The notes: generated from the letters alone by a model not told the origin. 64,000 nt of DNA from Macrostomum lignano (GCA_002269645.1 NIVC01001535.1:1-64000); one strand, 5' to 3'. Counted from the first letter of the stretch, positions 1 through 13,422 are shown. Made by a program: numbers and translations.

Positions 1-933
1 ACACACACACACACACACACACACATACCGACAGACCATTTTTAGTATATGGATAGAATATAGTAATATTGGGGTCTCTATGAATATACATTGATACTTA
101 GTGCAACATGCAAAATTTTCAAATGGTCTAGTGCATGTTGTGACACTTTCCTGGCTATAGGTTTAAGTGGATAAACTATTTGCCATAGCATAGACCTCTG
201 GCAAACAAACTGACAATAGACAAAACAATCTATACTAAAATTAATAATTCTTATACAGGGTGGCCCACATAATATACCTAATATAAAATGTTATAACTTT
301 TGTCATTTGCAACTTATGTTGACAAAATTTTAACATAAGGTTGCTGGAAGATAGCCTTTTTTGTCACAAAAGGGGGGTTTAATGTGTGCTGCGCTAGTGC
401 ATTCTAGCACAAAAGCATACAAGGAAGAAAAATCTGACGCAGTACAGCACAAGACAAAAAATTGGCACAATTTGATGCAATAAAAACTTCTAACAAGACA
501 ATATTTTATTTGACAGAAAATTAAGCATGTACAAATATAGAATTTCTTGTTATTAGCACTTTTTGTTTGCCAATATATTGATCGCTTTTAATTAATTTAC
601 ATTAACATTGCATTTTCTATGAAACAGATTCAAATACAAGTTTTACCAGTATTTTTCAAACAGAAAATTATTGATTTTTGCATTTTTTCTCAGAGTTGTG
701 GTACATGGTACAAGAAAACTTATTTGATAGGAATAGTTCCGGTGCATGGTACAAGCAAACTTTTTTGATAAGATTTCTTCTGGCAAATAGCACAATCAAA
801 CTTTTTTGATTGAAATCATTCCAGTGCAGGCATGCCATGATCCTGACTATGGGGTTGCTATCCAGATGCTGGAAAGGGAGCAAATGTTTGCAGGCAAACT
901 TCTGGTAGGCAAACATTGGTAGGCAAACTTCCG

Positions 934-1050
934 GCATACAAATGACCCCTTACAAAGTTTGCATACAAATGACCCCTCACAAAGTTTGCATACAAATGAT
1001 CCCTACAAAGTTTGCATACAAATGATCCCTACAAAGTTTGCATACAAATT
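934..1050. repeat. 26-27-bp tandem repeat (CATACAAATGATCCCTACAAAGTTTG) x~4
   Basis: Directly visible. Confidence 0.85.
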
Positions 1051-1074
1051 CCTGCAAATTTTATTGGCATACAA

Positions 1075-1960
1075 ATTTTAGTGCCCAAATTCATGCCAAT
1101 TTTTTGGTGTTCCATGTAAATTAATGTTTTTACATAAAATAAAGGAAAATTTATATAGTCTAGAAAGTTGGTAATAAACTTTTTGCTTTTTTTAAAATTA
1201 ATAATAAATAAAATTAGTGTAAATGATTGCTAAGAATGTAAACTTTGCATTATTATTTCTGTAGGTTTAATTTAAATTTGTTTAAAATGAAAATATTTTA
1301 AATATTTTATAGACTTTTTATACAAAAGCCTTTCTTTGGAAACTCTAGGCCTATTCGTGAAAATTGAATGACATTTTTTAAGAATTTTTTTTTGTTTTTG
1401 GCATACATTTACCTGAGATAAGGATTCTGATTCTTGTTCCAGTATACACTACTACACAATTTGGACCCTGGGTTGCCATATGTATACCATTATATTTGCA
1501 AAATTTATATATGCAAGCAAGCACTTACATACAATGTTAAAATTTTGTCAGCATTGGTTGCATACTGGTATGCGGATCATGTACCCATATACGCCAGAAA
1601 AAATTCGGTCGTCAAAGACTTTGTATGCCAGTATATGCCAAAAACAAAAAGTTGCACTAAAGTGTATAACAAAAATTCCTAAAAAAAGGTCATTTGGTTG
1701 TCATGAGTAAAGTTTTCTAAGAAAGGCTTTTGTATAAAAAATGTTTTTACAACATTATGAATTGTTTCAATTTTAACAAACTTAAATTATACCTACAAAA
1801 AATATGATGCAAAATTAATACTCTTAGCAAAAATTTACACTAATTTTATTTATTTTTAATTTAAAAGAAGCAAACTGACATATAAATTTTCCTTTATTTT
1901 ACATAAAAACGTTAATTTACATTATAATTTTCATGCATGGCATGAATTTTTTTCACCAAA
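1075..1960. repeat. Long imperfect inverted repeat (arms ~1075-1345 and ~1710-1960), foldback/MITE-like
   Basis: AATTCATGCCA/TGGCATGAATT, TTTACATAAAATAAAGGAAAATTTATAT and TTTTATACAAAAGCCTTTCT each have inverted counterparts in mirrored order. Confidence 0.7.
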
Positions 1961-4900
1961 ATTTGTACGCCAAAAAAGTATGCGTGGCTGTGTTACTTGT
2001 GTATGTCAATAGTGTATACCAACAAAGTGCGCCAGGGGTTGTGTATGCCAATTGTGTATGCCAAGGACTTAGGGTGGCCGTTTTGTATGCTGGAAAGTTC
2101 CATGCATACTATCTGCAACCTGGGTTGTATATAACAAAAGTTATTAACATTTTAAATCAAACATAATGAACCAAAGCTGGCTATAAGAAATTATGTCAAA
2201 TGACAAATATAACAAATAGTCATATGCAGAAAACCACTACTCATTCCAGACTCAGGGCATCAAAATCCCCTTTCACCTTTAATTTATAATTATTTCCATA
2301 TATGCACTCTGCTAAAATGATCCCAAACCAAAGCTGGTAATATTACCTTTACTTTAAGGCCTAAGTGCATATACGCATTATGTACAATATTAATTTTAAC
2401 CCAGCTTTGGTTCACAATCATTTTTATATGCATTACACATTCAAATGATTATATACCAAAGCTGATATATAAGCATCATCCAACAAACAGCACTTTGTAT
2501 TTAGCATATTTTATTTAGTATTTTTAGTTTTTTAGTTTTGAACATACCATTTTTGCATTGCAATGAGCAAATTATAAGTTCATTGTAAAACAAAATGGGC
2601 AAAATAGAAGGTGATTGTAAACCCAAGGAATGCCTAAAGTTATTGTTTTACTTTAAATCAGGTGCATTTTGTGGGCCACCCTTTATATATAAAATATAGC
2701 ACCATAACACAACAACAAAGACAAGATTGCAAGAATTGATATTTAATTCAATAGGCTAGTGTTTTATAATTACAATCAATTTCATTAATACACATTTTGG
2801 TACAGTTATGACTAGCTAGTCTCTACTCTAGGCTTAATATTAATAAATAGTTAGTTTGAACTTGTATTGTAGAATGAAGCTGATAAACAGGATTCGGATT
2901 TTAAAACAAGGTCAAAAGAATACTTAGGTGTAGCTAGTTTAGACATACTTAAAAAACTAAGATATAAAAACTCATAGATAGAAACACTTACCGATTAACA
3001 ACCTTCGAAGCCTTTTTCATTGTTTCTAGAAAATTAAGTGAACTCAAGTAAGCACTATTACGGGATAACGATTTCTATAACGATTTACGACAATAAAAAT
3101 GGTTGAATGCTCGTTAATTTACGCTACAAAAAACGATTCGGATTTTTTGCTAAAGACCGAAAATAAAGTTGCAAAACTTGCTTTTATTGCTGGTTCCTAT
3201 ATGGGAATAAGTTATTTACAGCATTTTATGCATTTTTTTAGTTTTTAACATAAAAGCAGACATAAGGAGAATTTACTTTGTTTAACTGCGGTAAAAGAAG
3301 TTTTTTTCAAACCATTTTGTAGCTAACATTTTAAATCCTATTTTTAATAGCATTTCTGGTAACCTTTCGAACTTTAATCTCATTTGATACAATAAAAAGG
3401 ATGACAAAACGTAACAGTCAAAGTTATTGAGGAACGTTTTAAAAAATGAAGTATCTGATCATAACTTTAATATGGCAGCAAAAAACCAGATAGATAGACT
3501 TATTCACCAAATTGAATTCTGAATTTACAGAACCGGGAAATTGATGTGGGCAATTGTCAATTGAGTTAAATAATCGGCTGGTTCTCACTGATAGCTGTGC
3601 TAGTGATATTATTAATGCTTTCTGTTGCTTCGAGTTTATCACTTGTTACCATATTTCTAACTGATTCGGAGCATAAGGAAGCACGCAGTGCGGGTAGGTT
3701 TGGTGCAATGCAAGAAAATCCAGAAATTTGTCGTACAACAATACCACAAACAAATTGTTCTAAGATTGATGGGCTGTCTACTGCGGTGAATTGGTGGCTG
3801 GTACATTGTGTTTAACCGTCCATATTACAATGTACTTTGTATGCTCTTGCTAAATGACAAATTAAACTGTCTATTCTTTAATTTGTCTCATGAATTGCAA
3901 ATGCGCATGTATTTCTATAAATGGCCAACTATAGTGTCAAGTACGTACAAAATGATTTATACAAAAAATGAGCGTACTACGTGTGACATAGCTAGCAACC
4001 TATATACATGTATAGAATGCACCAATTTCCTAATATTTTCGTTATTGTTTTACTGCTGCAGGTGAAAAGCTCTATGCTTTTTCAGTCAAGTGTTTTAGTG
4101 CTGACTTGTATACTGCATCTGCATGTACATGTATACGTTCAAACCAAGCATGCTGTGCGACTTGTTTATATGCTGTAATTGCAGTCGAATAGTAGTTTAA
4201 CCTTTTGGGTTCCAACACAATTGCAGTTATGCTGTAATATATACTACGTCGCTGAGATTTGTAGATGCTCCTGCTAATACACTTTGATGAGAAGAGGACA
4301 TTAGACATCGTCTAAGTGTCCTAAATATAAATTTATTACATTCATAATTAATTGAATGGATACCCTGCGAATTAAAACAAAAAATACAAATGTGTCTTTT
4401 TGAATTATTTATCATTTATAAATGTATAAATGGCTTTTTAACTAATAAACTGATTAAAAATACATCTGGATCAAAAGCTTAGTAAAACTAAACAATCAAA
4501 TTTCATTGACAAATTTAAGCTGTCGAATTTTGTAAATTTAAAAATGTTTATTATTTAAAACAAAATACGTTAACCTGATAAATAACGACTAGAGTTACAA
4601 AGTTTTGAAAACACAGTTTAAAGCCTTTAAAAATGTAGTACATGTATAATTAAAGTTGAGATATTGATAATTGTACATATTTTTGCACTATGTCAGATTG
4701 CTTTTTATGATAAAAATGAAAACGATGTGTTATAAATATTGTGTTACTCTTTAAACACGTGTCGGTTTAGATAAACAAATTGCTTGTAAAACAAATAAAA
4801 TTTATAGGTAATTATTACATTTTTGAAATGTCAATAGCCTGGAATGTTTCAAACCGCGGTTAACAACAGTCAATCATTTATCGCAAAAATTCATAGGGTT

Positions 4901-5274
4901 ATTGTTTAAAAAATTGCACAAGCAGACATACAGTAAATAACTTAAAAAGGAATGCAATATTAATAAACGACAAACTGTGAGTTGGATCAAGCAACAGTAA
5001 TTGTGACGCAACACAATGTAAATAAATACCATTACATATTTATGCGTATTAATGATTTTATGATAAATTATAAATATGAATGTTATGACAGTGATACAAC
5101 AATAGATAATATTGTGCTTGTTATGTAATCAGAAGTGTCGCATCTTCGCACGTTCGCATCGCATCTTCGCACGAGTTGTTAATTGCCAAGCGTGACAAAA
5201 ATACACCCAGGTAAATTTAAAACGGAATCAGAGCTACAGGAGATACAGTATTACGAAGCAGTTTTGAGGAGATG

Positions 5275-5500
5275 CAGGTGAGACAGTAGAGGCTTCCAGG
5301 TAAGATAACAGATTTTCAGATGAGACGTAGCCTTCCAGGTGAGACAGTATAGGGACTTCCAGGTGGAAAAGTACAGAGACTTCCAGGTGAGACAGTATAG
5401 AGACTTCCAGGTGAGACAGTAGGGGACTTCCAGGTGAGACAGTAAGGGACTTCCAGTTGAGACAGTAAGGGACTTCCAGGTGAGACAGTAAGGACCTCCA
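5275..5500. repeat. 23-24-bp minisatellite (CTTCCAGGTGAGACAGTAGGGGA)
   Basis: Directly visible, about 9 copies. Confidence 0.85.
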
Positions 5501-5600
5501 AGTAAGACCATTCTTTGTGTTATTCAGAAAAAATCACGTCAAACATTGCTTTAACCAAATAGATTCAATATTAATTTAGAGTGCAGTCATTCCCCAGGCA

Positions 5601-5819
5601 TCAAGCCTGTGCGTACACATCCGAAGCGGCATAAGAGCCAATGGCCGAATATGGATTTCCGCCGTGCATCAGAAACTGCTGCTGCTGCTGCTGCTGCTGC
5701 TGAGCATCAATATTAATTGGGTCGTCGCCATTGCCAAAAGCGGCTTTGTCGCCTGAACTGCTGCCAAGTTCGGTGTCAATCTCGCATGCGTAGGAATATA
5801 TTACTAGACAGAAGCCCAC
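5601..5819 (-). CDS. Four-TM membrane protein, terminal exon 5 (VGFCLVIYSYACE...polyQ...DVYAQA*)
   Basis: Acceptor TTTTGTCTCCTTCACGCAG, 219 nt to TGA at 5603-5601; C-terminal part of track ORF 5601..5957; total spliced CDS 720 nt. Confidence 0.85.
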   Translation of the reverse strand: MGFCLVIYSYACEIDTELGSSSGDKAAFGNGDDPINIDAQQQQQQQQQFLMHGGNPYSAIGSYAASDVYAQA

Positions 5820-5924
5820 CTGCGTGAAGGAGACAAAACCATACAGAATAATGAGGCTGAGCGATACGGTTGGCATATCAATGAAGGTAGGTCTAGTGGC
5901 ACATTCGTGGGGTAGACAGTGACA

Positions 5925-6100
5925 CATTAGGAAAGACAGTGACATATTAGGGAGCACAGTGGCACATTAGGGATGACAGTGACATATTAGGGAGCACAGT
6001 GGCACATTAGGGATGACAGTGACATATTAGGATTTAGGAAAGACAGTGACACATTAGGGATGACAGTGACACAAAAGGGAAGACGGTGACATATTAGGGA
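5925..6100. repeat. ~20-bp minisatellite (GACAGTGACACATTAGGGA) in the last intron of the four-TM gene
   Basis: Directly visible. Confidence 0.8.
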
Positions 6101-6183
6101 AGACTAGTAGTGAGAGTAGTGACGCACACCAACCCAATAAAGGCAGCAAAAAAGGTCAAAGCTCGCGATGGCGATGCACTTAC

Positions 6184-6240
6184 ATTGCACAGAAATCGAA
6201 TAATGTAGAAGAGATTCTTCCACACCAGAAACGGTAGGCG
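6184..6240 (-). CDS. Four-TM membrane protein, exon 4 (RLPFLVWKNLFYIIRFLCN)
   Basis: Acceptor CGCTTCAG, donor AAT|GTAAGT, 57 nt, phase 0/0. Confidence 0.8.
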
Positions 6241-6379
6241 CTGAAGCGATTAATGATAGAAAATACCTTTAGAAAGTATATTTCGATACGAAAATCAATA
6301 TACTTTACTTTCGATAACCAGAAAGTTTCGTTAAAGGAAGACAGACAGCAGGGGATATAAAAGTGGTGGTGGTCCAGAA

Positions 6380-6650
6380 ACTGAGGATCTGGGAGGCTGG
6401 CTCAGCAACTGAGGATCTGGGAGGCTGGCTCAGCAACTGAGGATGTGGGAGGCTGGCCCAGCAACTGAGGATCTGGGAGGCTGGCCCAGCAACTGACACT
6501 CTGGGAGGCTGGCCCAGCAACTGAGGATCTGGCAGGCTGGCCCAGCAACTGACACTCTGGGAGGCTGGCCCAGCAACTGAGATTCTGGGAGGCTGGCCCA
6601 GCAACTGAGGATCTGGGAAGCTGGCTCAGCAACTGAGGATCTGGGAGACT
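6380..6650. repeat. 28-bp minisatellite (CAGCAACTGAGGATCTGGGAGGCTGGCC)
   Basis: Directly visible, about 9 copies; explains the three overlapping - strand ORFs. Confidence 0.9.
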
Positions 6651-6796
6651 GGCAAGGCCAAGAAACTAAGAAAGACAGCAGCAATAAATAGATACATGCA
6701 GTTAAAAAGGTTTTTCTAACAGCTTCGATTGCTAATAAATACTGAAATAGTAGTCGTAGATAAGATCATATGTAAATTGAATTTTAGCTAACTTAC

Positions 6797-6913
6797 CCAT
6801 CCAGCAAGGCCATACCAGGAATATACATAGCAGCTGATGCCCAGTTCAACAAGAATATAGATGCTCAATAAAATGTAGAACCCTTTCAGAGCTGGTAGTA
6901 GATCATAAATTTT
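6797..6913 (-). CDS. Four-TM membrane protein, exon 3 (KIYDLLPALKGFYILLSIYILVELGISCYVYSWYGLAGW)
   Basis: Acceptor TTTTTTAG, donor TGG|GTAAGT, 117 nt open, phase 0/0; hydrophobic TM3. Confidence 0.85.
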
Positions 6914-7021
6914 CTAAAAAATATGGTAGGCAGATGACAAAATATTGGCTTGAACAATTTAGAGTATAATATTTTAAAGTTATCAACAGTTAATGAAACC
7001 AGAATGCTTCAGAATGCTTAC

Positions 7022-7237
7022 ATAGACTCTTGGGCGCAGGATGGCCACCAGCACATAAACAGCCATGACAATGATAATAATGTGGGCCAAAGTCATGATG
7101 CCATCGCAGATGGCAAAACCTTTCCAAAACAGTCTCTTCCAGAATGATCGAAATGCTCCATGAATTTCAAACTTGAGATTCTCATCATAGGTTAGCCAGT
7201 CAAGGAACACGGTGACTAGCTCAACAAATGCAGTGAT
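7022..7237 (-). CDS. Four-TM membrane protein, exon 2 (ITAFVELVTVFLDW...ILRPRVY)
   Basis: Acceptor TTTTATTCTTTAG, donor TAT|GTAAGC, 216 nt, phase 0/0; overlaps track ORF 6983..7210; encodes the end of TM1 and TM2. Confidence 0.85.
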
Positions 7238-9648
7238 CTAAAGAATAAAATGAAATTCAAACATAATAAATTTTTGATATTTTATCAAATGACAATTGAT
7301 TTTTATAAAATTTTAACCATTTCTTTTTTTCATAATTATAAACCAAAACTTCTATGCATTGTGAAATTTTATAAATCTTTAAAGCAAAAAGTCCAAGGTT
7401 TAATTCTCTATGATAAATCACTTTTATCATTGAGATCCTTAAACTATAAACCTTATAAAAACCCAAAATCTTTATAATTACAAAATTCTAAAGTTAATTT
7501 TCTAGGCCAATTTCAATAAGAGTGTCCTATATAGACATGCTTGGATGCATTTTAAATGCAGAGTTTTTTGTCAATATCATGGTGCTTGTGACATTGTCAG
7601 TTTAAAGTGGTCCCGTAAAAGGGCCGTTGGACTGCAGCTCCTCTACAATTCCTCCAATCGTTTATTTTAACGTTTACTTGTAGTAGTGCCCAACGAATCT
7701 GTGCCTATTGCTAATTCACTGCGCGTTTTGCTATCCTTTCATGCGACCGTAAAAACTGGCACGATCGATAATTTTAAGTTCTTTAGCCAGCCAATGAAAA
7801 CCGCTCGTGCTTCGCGCTACCCCCCTCTGCGTTCCTTTATTAAACCCTGCCTGGTGGGCTGGGGGCCTCCTCCCTGTCTAGCCTGTTTAGCTGTTTAGGC
7901 TTCTTGGCCTCTTGGCGTCTTGTTTTCCTTTTCTTGTCTGGCTGCCTTGAGCCTCCTTATCTCTCGCCACGGCCCCTCTGTCTGGGCTAGCCTGTTTACA
8001 CACTACTTCACTGTGTTCCACCATGGCTAACGCCAATCTCGCCACTACTCATCTGCCTACCTACTGCTACTCACTGCCTTCACCGTGCTCATCGCCATTG
8101 CTGATCACGTTGCGTTGCCACCGCATCATTCGCCTGCCACTGACTTCATATTCTATTGCCTTCAAAACCATTGTTGCAGCCGCCAGTGCCCAGAACGCTA
8201 TAAGCTTGCATTGACATTAGTAACCAAGTAAATATTGATCTCGACAATAAAACAACCACGGCAGTTTCCTGCCCTTATCGCCAAGTGCTCCGCTACACAA
8301 TCCGCTTTATAAGAATTGACTTCAATTCATTTTGGGACTACGACTTACAGCAACTCTCATCAAAATGGCCCTTTTAAGGGTCATAGCCATAGCCGCTACA
8401 CCAATAATCGTGACAGTGCTATTTGCAACCTTGGGCCCAAAATCAGGGTGCCAAATTAGAAATCAGGGTGCCAATTGGCACTGGTCAGAGTTTTAGTTTA
8501 AGAATTTAAATTTAATGCTTAATTTTTACACTTTTACAAAGTCAATACATAGTATACATTACATTGTGAGGAAGGGCTATTAATAATACTGTATAAATGT
8601 TGTAAAATTATTTGTGTTGCATACTGTTTCTTGGTAAACCATTTTTTGAGATTCATACTAAAAACAATTATTTTTGTTTAATTGTTGTGATTTACAAAAA
8701 TATTCTCACAAATTAGTATTTGTTTTAAATGGTGAGAAATCTTGGTATAAATAGAAGCCCTAAGTGGGCCAAGAGAAGCAACTCACCACAAGCATCCAAT
8801 TGCAAGCAAAGTTTAATAACTCCTTACTAAATCTTTAAAAAGCAATTGTTCAAATTGACTTATTCATTTTCTAGAGTATTAAGCCCCTTATTAGGAGAAT
8901 TAGAGAACTGCTAAGGAGCAGGAATCGCCTCAGGGCAATAACCCTATTGAGAATATAGTCACCTCAGGGCAGGAGAAGTCACTTAAGGGCAGAGCAAACT
9001 ACATAAGGCTGTGACCCTCTGATCCTGGGAATGCCCAGGACTAAGAGATAGTAGGAATATACAATGCCATTAGACTACTCAGGCCAAAGAGTACAGTGAA
9101 TGTACAACCCCTACCAATAGATAGACGCTACCAAGATAAGAATAAAAGTAGTCATGCTACCCATAAATAAAGTACATGCAAGAGTTATATAACATGCAAC
9201 ATTAACTAAGAGAAGATAGAAATTTGATAGCTTTTGGTGGCAGCTTTAGGAAACTAGAAAATAGGAGTTAGAATAGTCCTACAACAGCTGGTGACAATAG
9301 TGGGGATATTATTATTAAAGAAAGTACCCTACAACATTGTATATAATTATGACTACATCAAAGATATTCTAGCAGTTCTGTAAGAATTATTTCATTGTTT
9401 ATTAATCATAACTCATTGGTCACTAGATGACATTATGACATTATGACATTAATATATAGACTATATATTCATTTATGTGAAAGTTTTTTAATTGAAAATT
9501 GAAAAATTGAAAATTCCTAGAAAAAGTTATAAATAGTTGTTAGACTCATTATTCATTTAACTCTTTTTCATACATGAGATAAGATACACACTAGCACAGC
9601 CACATACACTACATTTCAATGATCTCAGTTGTATTTCATTATAATATA

Positions 9649-10267
9649 CTCAGCAACAGTCAAAAGTTTCACCCCACTAAGCGAGATGATTTCTTCACTT
9701 ATTGTGAGTGATGCAACCTACGGCAAGTGCAAAGCTTATTGCCGCTTGGGGGTGGCTTAGGTCTGCTTAATGGTCCAGGCCTAGACATTAAGCAGACCCA
9801 AGCCCAGGAACAATGCCCCGCCACACCAAGCCAATGCTGTTAGTCAACTGAAGGAACAGCTACAGCTGCACACTCTGCGCTGGCCTTCCCAGTCCCCAGA
9901 CATGAATCCCATTGAGCATGTATAGGACTTCCTAAAACGTAGCATTCAAAAAGAGAATCCACCATAGAATGTTGCAGAGAGCTCTGCATCATGCCATTGA
10001 AAACACTTTGGAGCGGCTTCCCCAGGACTTTCTGCGTTGCCTCATCATTGGGATGCCCCACAGAGTCATTGCACTTTTGCATGCAAGGGATCCCACATGC
10101 ATCGCAATTCTAACTGAATATTGCATAAAAAGTTTATGATTTTACTACGAGTATTGATAGTCAATCAACTTTCTCTTCCTTGCGGTGCTTAGTTGCGTAA
10201 CTTGTGGGTTGAATTGTGAGTGTGAATTTTCACAATTTGGAGGGTGGAACTTTTGACTGTTGCTAAG
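9649..10267 (+). mobile_element. Internally deleted Tc1-family (DD34E) transposon relic
   Basis: 26-bp TIRs CTCAGCAACAGTCAAAAGTTTCACCC / GGGTGGAACTTTTGACTGTTGCTAAG with TA flanks; frame from 9809 reads NNAPPH...WPSQSPDMNPIEHV*DFLKR, with 34 residues between the mutated D (N) and E; internal stops. Confidence 0.9.
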
Positions 10268-11218
10268 TATATTTAGCATAAAAAACTCTAATATATATAT
10301 TTAATAAACATTTTTGCTAAATATATTAATTGTAAGACAATAAGAATATGTTATTATTTTGCAACAAAATTTAAAAAGAAATAGCATTTTTTATAGTATT
10401 ATATTTTGTACTTTATAAAAGTTATAGGCTCTTATACTAATAAGTTTAGATTTAATTCTGAAATTTCCAGCCTAAAAGTTCCAACATACAATAGATGTGA
10501 AAAAGGGTTGTATAAAAATATTGCATATAGAATAATGTTAGAAAATTGCACCATAGAGCCAGTGCATAGAGTAGCTGTTGCCTGTTGGTATACAAAATAG
10601 GCCCTACCAAAATAGGCCTATAGATTATAATTCAAAAAGGGTCCTTTAATATTGCAATACAAAAAGGTCCTTTATTTTTGCTATCTCTTCCAATAATGTC
10701 TAGCTTATATACCACAAGTAAATTTGTTTTTTTTGGTGTAAACTTGAAAATATAATGAAAGAGTCACTTTTATGGTATGCTGTATAACAGATATGAGTAT
10801 GATACAAGTGTAAATCTAGAAAAAAATTGGGGCAGGAAAGCAAGCTACGAGCATATACTAAACACTATAAGTATAACCCAATATTGAAAAATAGACCTTG
10901 TAAGTGGCAGGCCAAAAGAAAATGGTATAATTTTTTGTTTCTCTATTATTTCTCTATTAGCGAATTATAATATAATTTAATATAAATAAATTCTAGACTA
11001 TAGCTTTCAAAGAAATAAATATAATGATGCATATAAGGTTATTTAAAAGCAAAAAAACTGTGCCTAGCCCTAAAAATTAACTGTGTGCAGTGTGCAGTGT
11101 GCATAGCCATAGTATACAAGACATATAGGCAAAGCTAGGACTAGGTCCCTTTTCCAAACATTTAAATATGAAATGTTTCTGCTTTATAATGACACAATGA
11201 AACTTCTTCCATACTTAC

Positions 11219-11329
11219 TGTTATAATAATACATCCAATGAACGTTCCCATCCGATTATCAAAGCAAAGACAATGTTTAAGAGGTAACATTGGTTCAACG
11301 TCAGTTCTTTTTTTAAGCTTCCAACCCAT
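11219..11329 (-). CDS. Uncharacterised four-TM membrane protein, exon 1 (MGWKLKKRTDVEPMLPLKHCLCFDNRMGTFIGCIIIT)
   Basis: ATG at 11329 (- strand) with an in-frame upstream TGA at 11371-11369; 111 nt ending at donor ACA|GTAAGT, phase 0; CxCF..R.G..I motif before the first hydrophobic segment. Confidence 0.8.
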
Positions 11330-13422
11330 TATTCGGCTTCGGGTCTTATTATTCGCACAGGTACAGAGTCACACTTTTTATAAATAATTTAGTTTCTATT
11401 TTTTCTATTGCAAGAAATGATAAGCAGGTTACATTACATGGAATATTTATTAAATACACTAGTGAATCTGATGTGCTAATAGAATAATCGAAACCTTTAA
11501 AAATGGCGGAACAAGAATAAGTTAAAAGTGATCTAAAAGAATTATCAATTGCGCTATAAATGTTCAAAATAGTCACTTCATATTTAAAAAATATTTTCAA
11601 AAGCTTTTTGTAGTATAATTGTTTTTTTATAAAAAATACAAAAATATTATCGTTTTGTTTGTTTAACATAGGTCTTTCTAAGTTTGATACGTAAATTTTA
11701 CGGATGTTTTTTCGACGGCGCTTAAATTGATGTATAACCACACAGCTATTTTCTGAATTTTGAACCGATTTTCCAGGATTTTCCCTGGTGGTCAGCTGTA
11801 GAATCCACTTGGAACCGGCAGTGAGTTCCAGCTCTGAGCATGAAAACGTACATGTACGTATTGTACTTGAGCATTTAACTACACATGTATATTTGTGAGA
11901 AGGGAAAACGTAAAATTCTGTTTCCCGGGGGTTTGCTTCTGTGATGAACCCCTCCCCCTTATAATTTTTTGTGGGTTGGCTGCCTCAGTGCATGGGTAAA
12001 ATACAGTACCTACATTGCCTGTACAGTGTATGCAGGATTTTCTTTAAAAAATTATCCTGAAATACATTTATAGTTCCGCGTTGCATGCATCAGCTCCATC
12101 ATGTACCATGGTCCATGGAGAAGTTAAAAATTTAAACAGTCCTACACACATATTAGCAAAGTAATTTTAGCAAATCGATTATTTAATTAAATTTGATTTT
12201 TTGGTATATTAACAAAGTAATATTTAAATTGTTGCATATAATTAATATATTTTATATTGTCTGTTGTCTCGAAAAAAATTCGTCTACAGAGAGAAGCTTC
12301 GTTTTTCAGCTGCATTCGTCAAAAAATATCAAATCATTTATAATTTTAATTAAATACGCCATGTCCTATAGCAGCTGGCAAAATTATGAAACTCTTAGAC
12401 GGCTACATGTATTATGCTGCAACTTTGCTAGCCTGAAAGAAGAGGGAGGTTCACGTACGAGATGGCCCACAGCATTATTACTGAAGATTTTGTGTGCCTA
12501 GCTGTGATTATTGCAGCAAACCAACCCAGCGAATAGAAGCAGGCTAGGAGGAGGCTACCCTGCAGCCAACCACAAACCCAGCCAACCCCAGCAATTTACT
12601 ACCTCCCTCACACCCTCCCTCAGACTGTTCAAAGCGGCCCCTCCTCTGGTGGAAATCGCCCCCGCCCCTAAAACCACAGACCAGACCAGCACGAAGCTAC
12701 TAGTGTGGCCCAATTTCCTTCCTTCAAGTCTACAGCCACCAACGGTCCAACTTAGGCTTGGAAAGCATACAAAATCCCCCAGCGGAATAAAAAAAACAGC
12801 TGATTAAGACAAACCCGCTAAACTTCTTCCCACAAGCATTTTACCCCTATTCAATCCGTCTCCCAACTCCCTTAGGGCTCGCCAAAGCGTTATAATAGAA
12901 TTAAACCAGAGAAATGCGGATTTGAAAGCCAAATCCTCAATTGCATTTGGCCTTCTTCTCTAAAGACCACTTCACTCTGGTGCAGTCTAACTCTGCGCTC
13001 GTAAATTAAAAATTAACGATCGAAGTCTGCCAAAAAGCTTAACGCGCGGGGCAGCGCAGATCTGCACAGAACACCTTGCGCCCGAAGCTTGCAGACAGGT
13101 TTGTCTGGTTTTTTCCTAGGCGAGACCCGGTAAGAAATCATACCTGGCATCGTAAAAGCCAAGAGTCAGTAGATATACATTGGATCTGGAATTTTTTGAC
13201 GCCGCTCAACCAGAACTAGAACGTCTTTGACTTTGTCTTTTTTAAATCTCTACCCTCCAGCCTAAACGATTTAAAAGCGAAGCAAAACGCATTCGAGCTG
13301 CTAACATAAAAAACTTCAAAATGTCGACGATTCGAACACCTGGCTGACATTTGGTCCGCACTCTGGGTTTACCTTTCGGTGTCGAACTATAACTATTTCG
13401 GACAACTACGGCCAGCACAGAG

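Larger units (their letters stand above)
256..2683. mobile_element. Non-autonomous Tc1/mariner-type element (TIR CAGGGTGGCCCACA, TA flanks)
   Basis: CAGGGTGGCCCACA at 256-269 and TGTGGGCCACCCTT at 2670-2683 (13/14 inverted match), each flanked by TA; no transposase ORF recognised. Confidence 0.6.

Noticed and set aside
3400-4415. Gene or transposase remnant in the short ORFs at 3.4-4.4 kb (includes a Cys-rich CTC..C..C stretch)
   Set aside because: Frames are interrupted by stops, there is no phase-consistent exon chain, and no motif could be named
7690-9400. Non-LTR retrotransposon 5' end or ORF remnant
   Set aside because: The composition is suggestive, but no gag, endonuclease, RT or RNase H motif could be read
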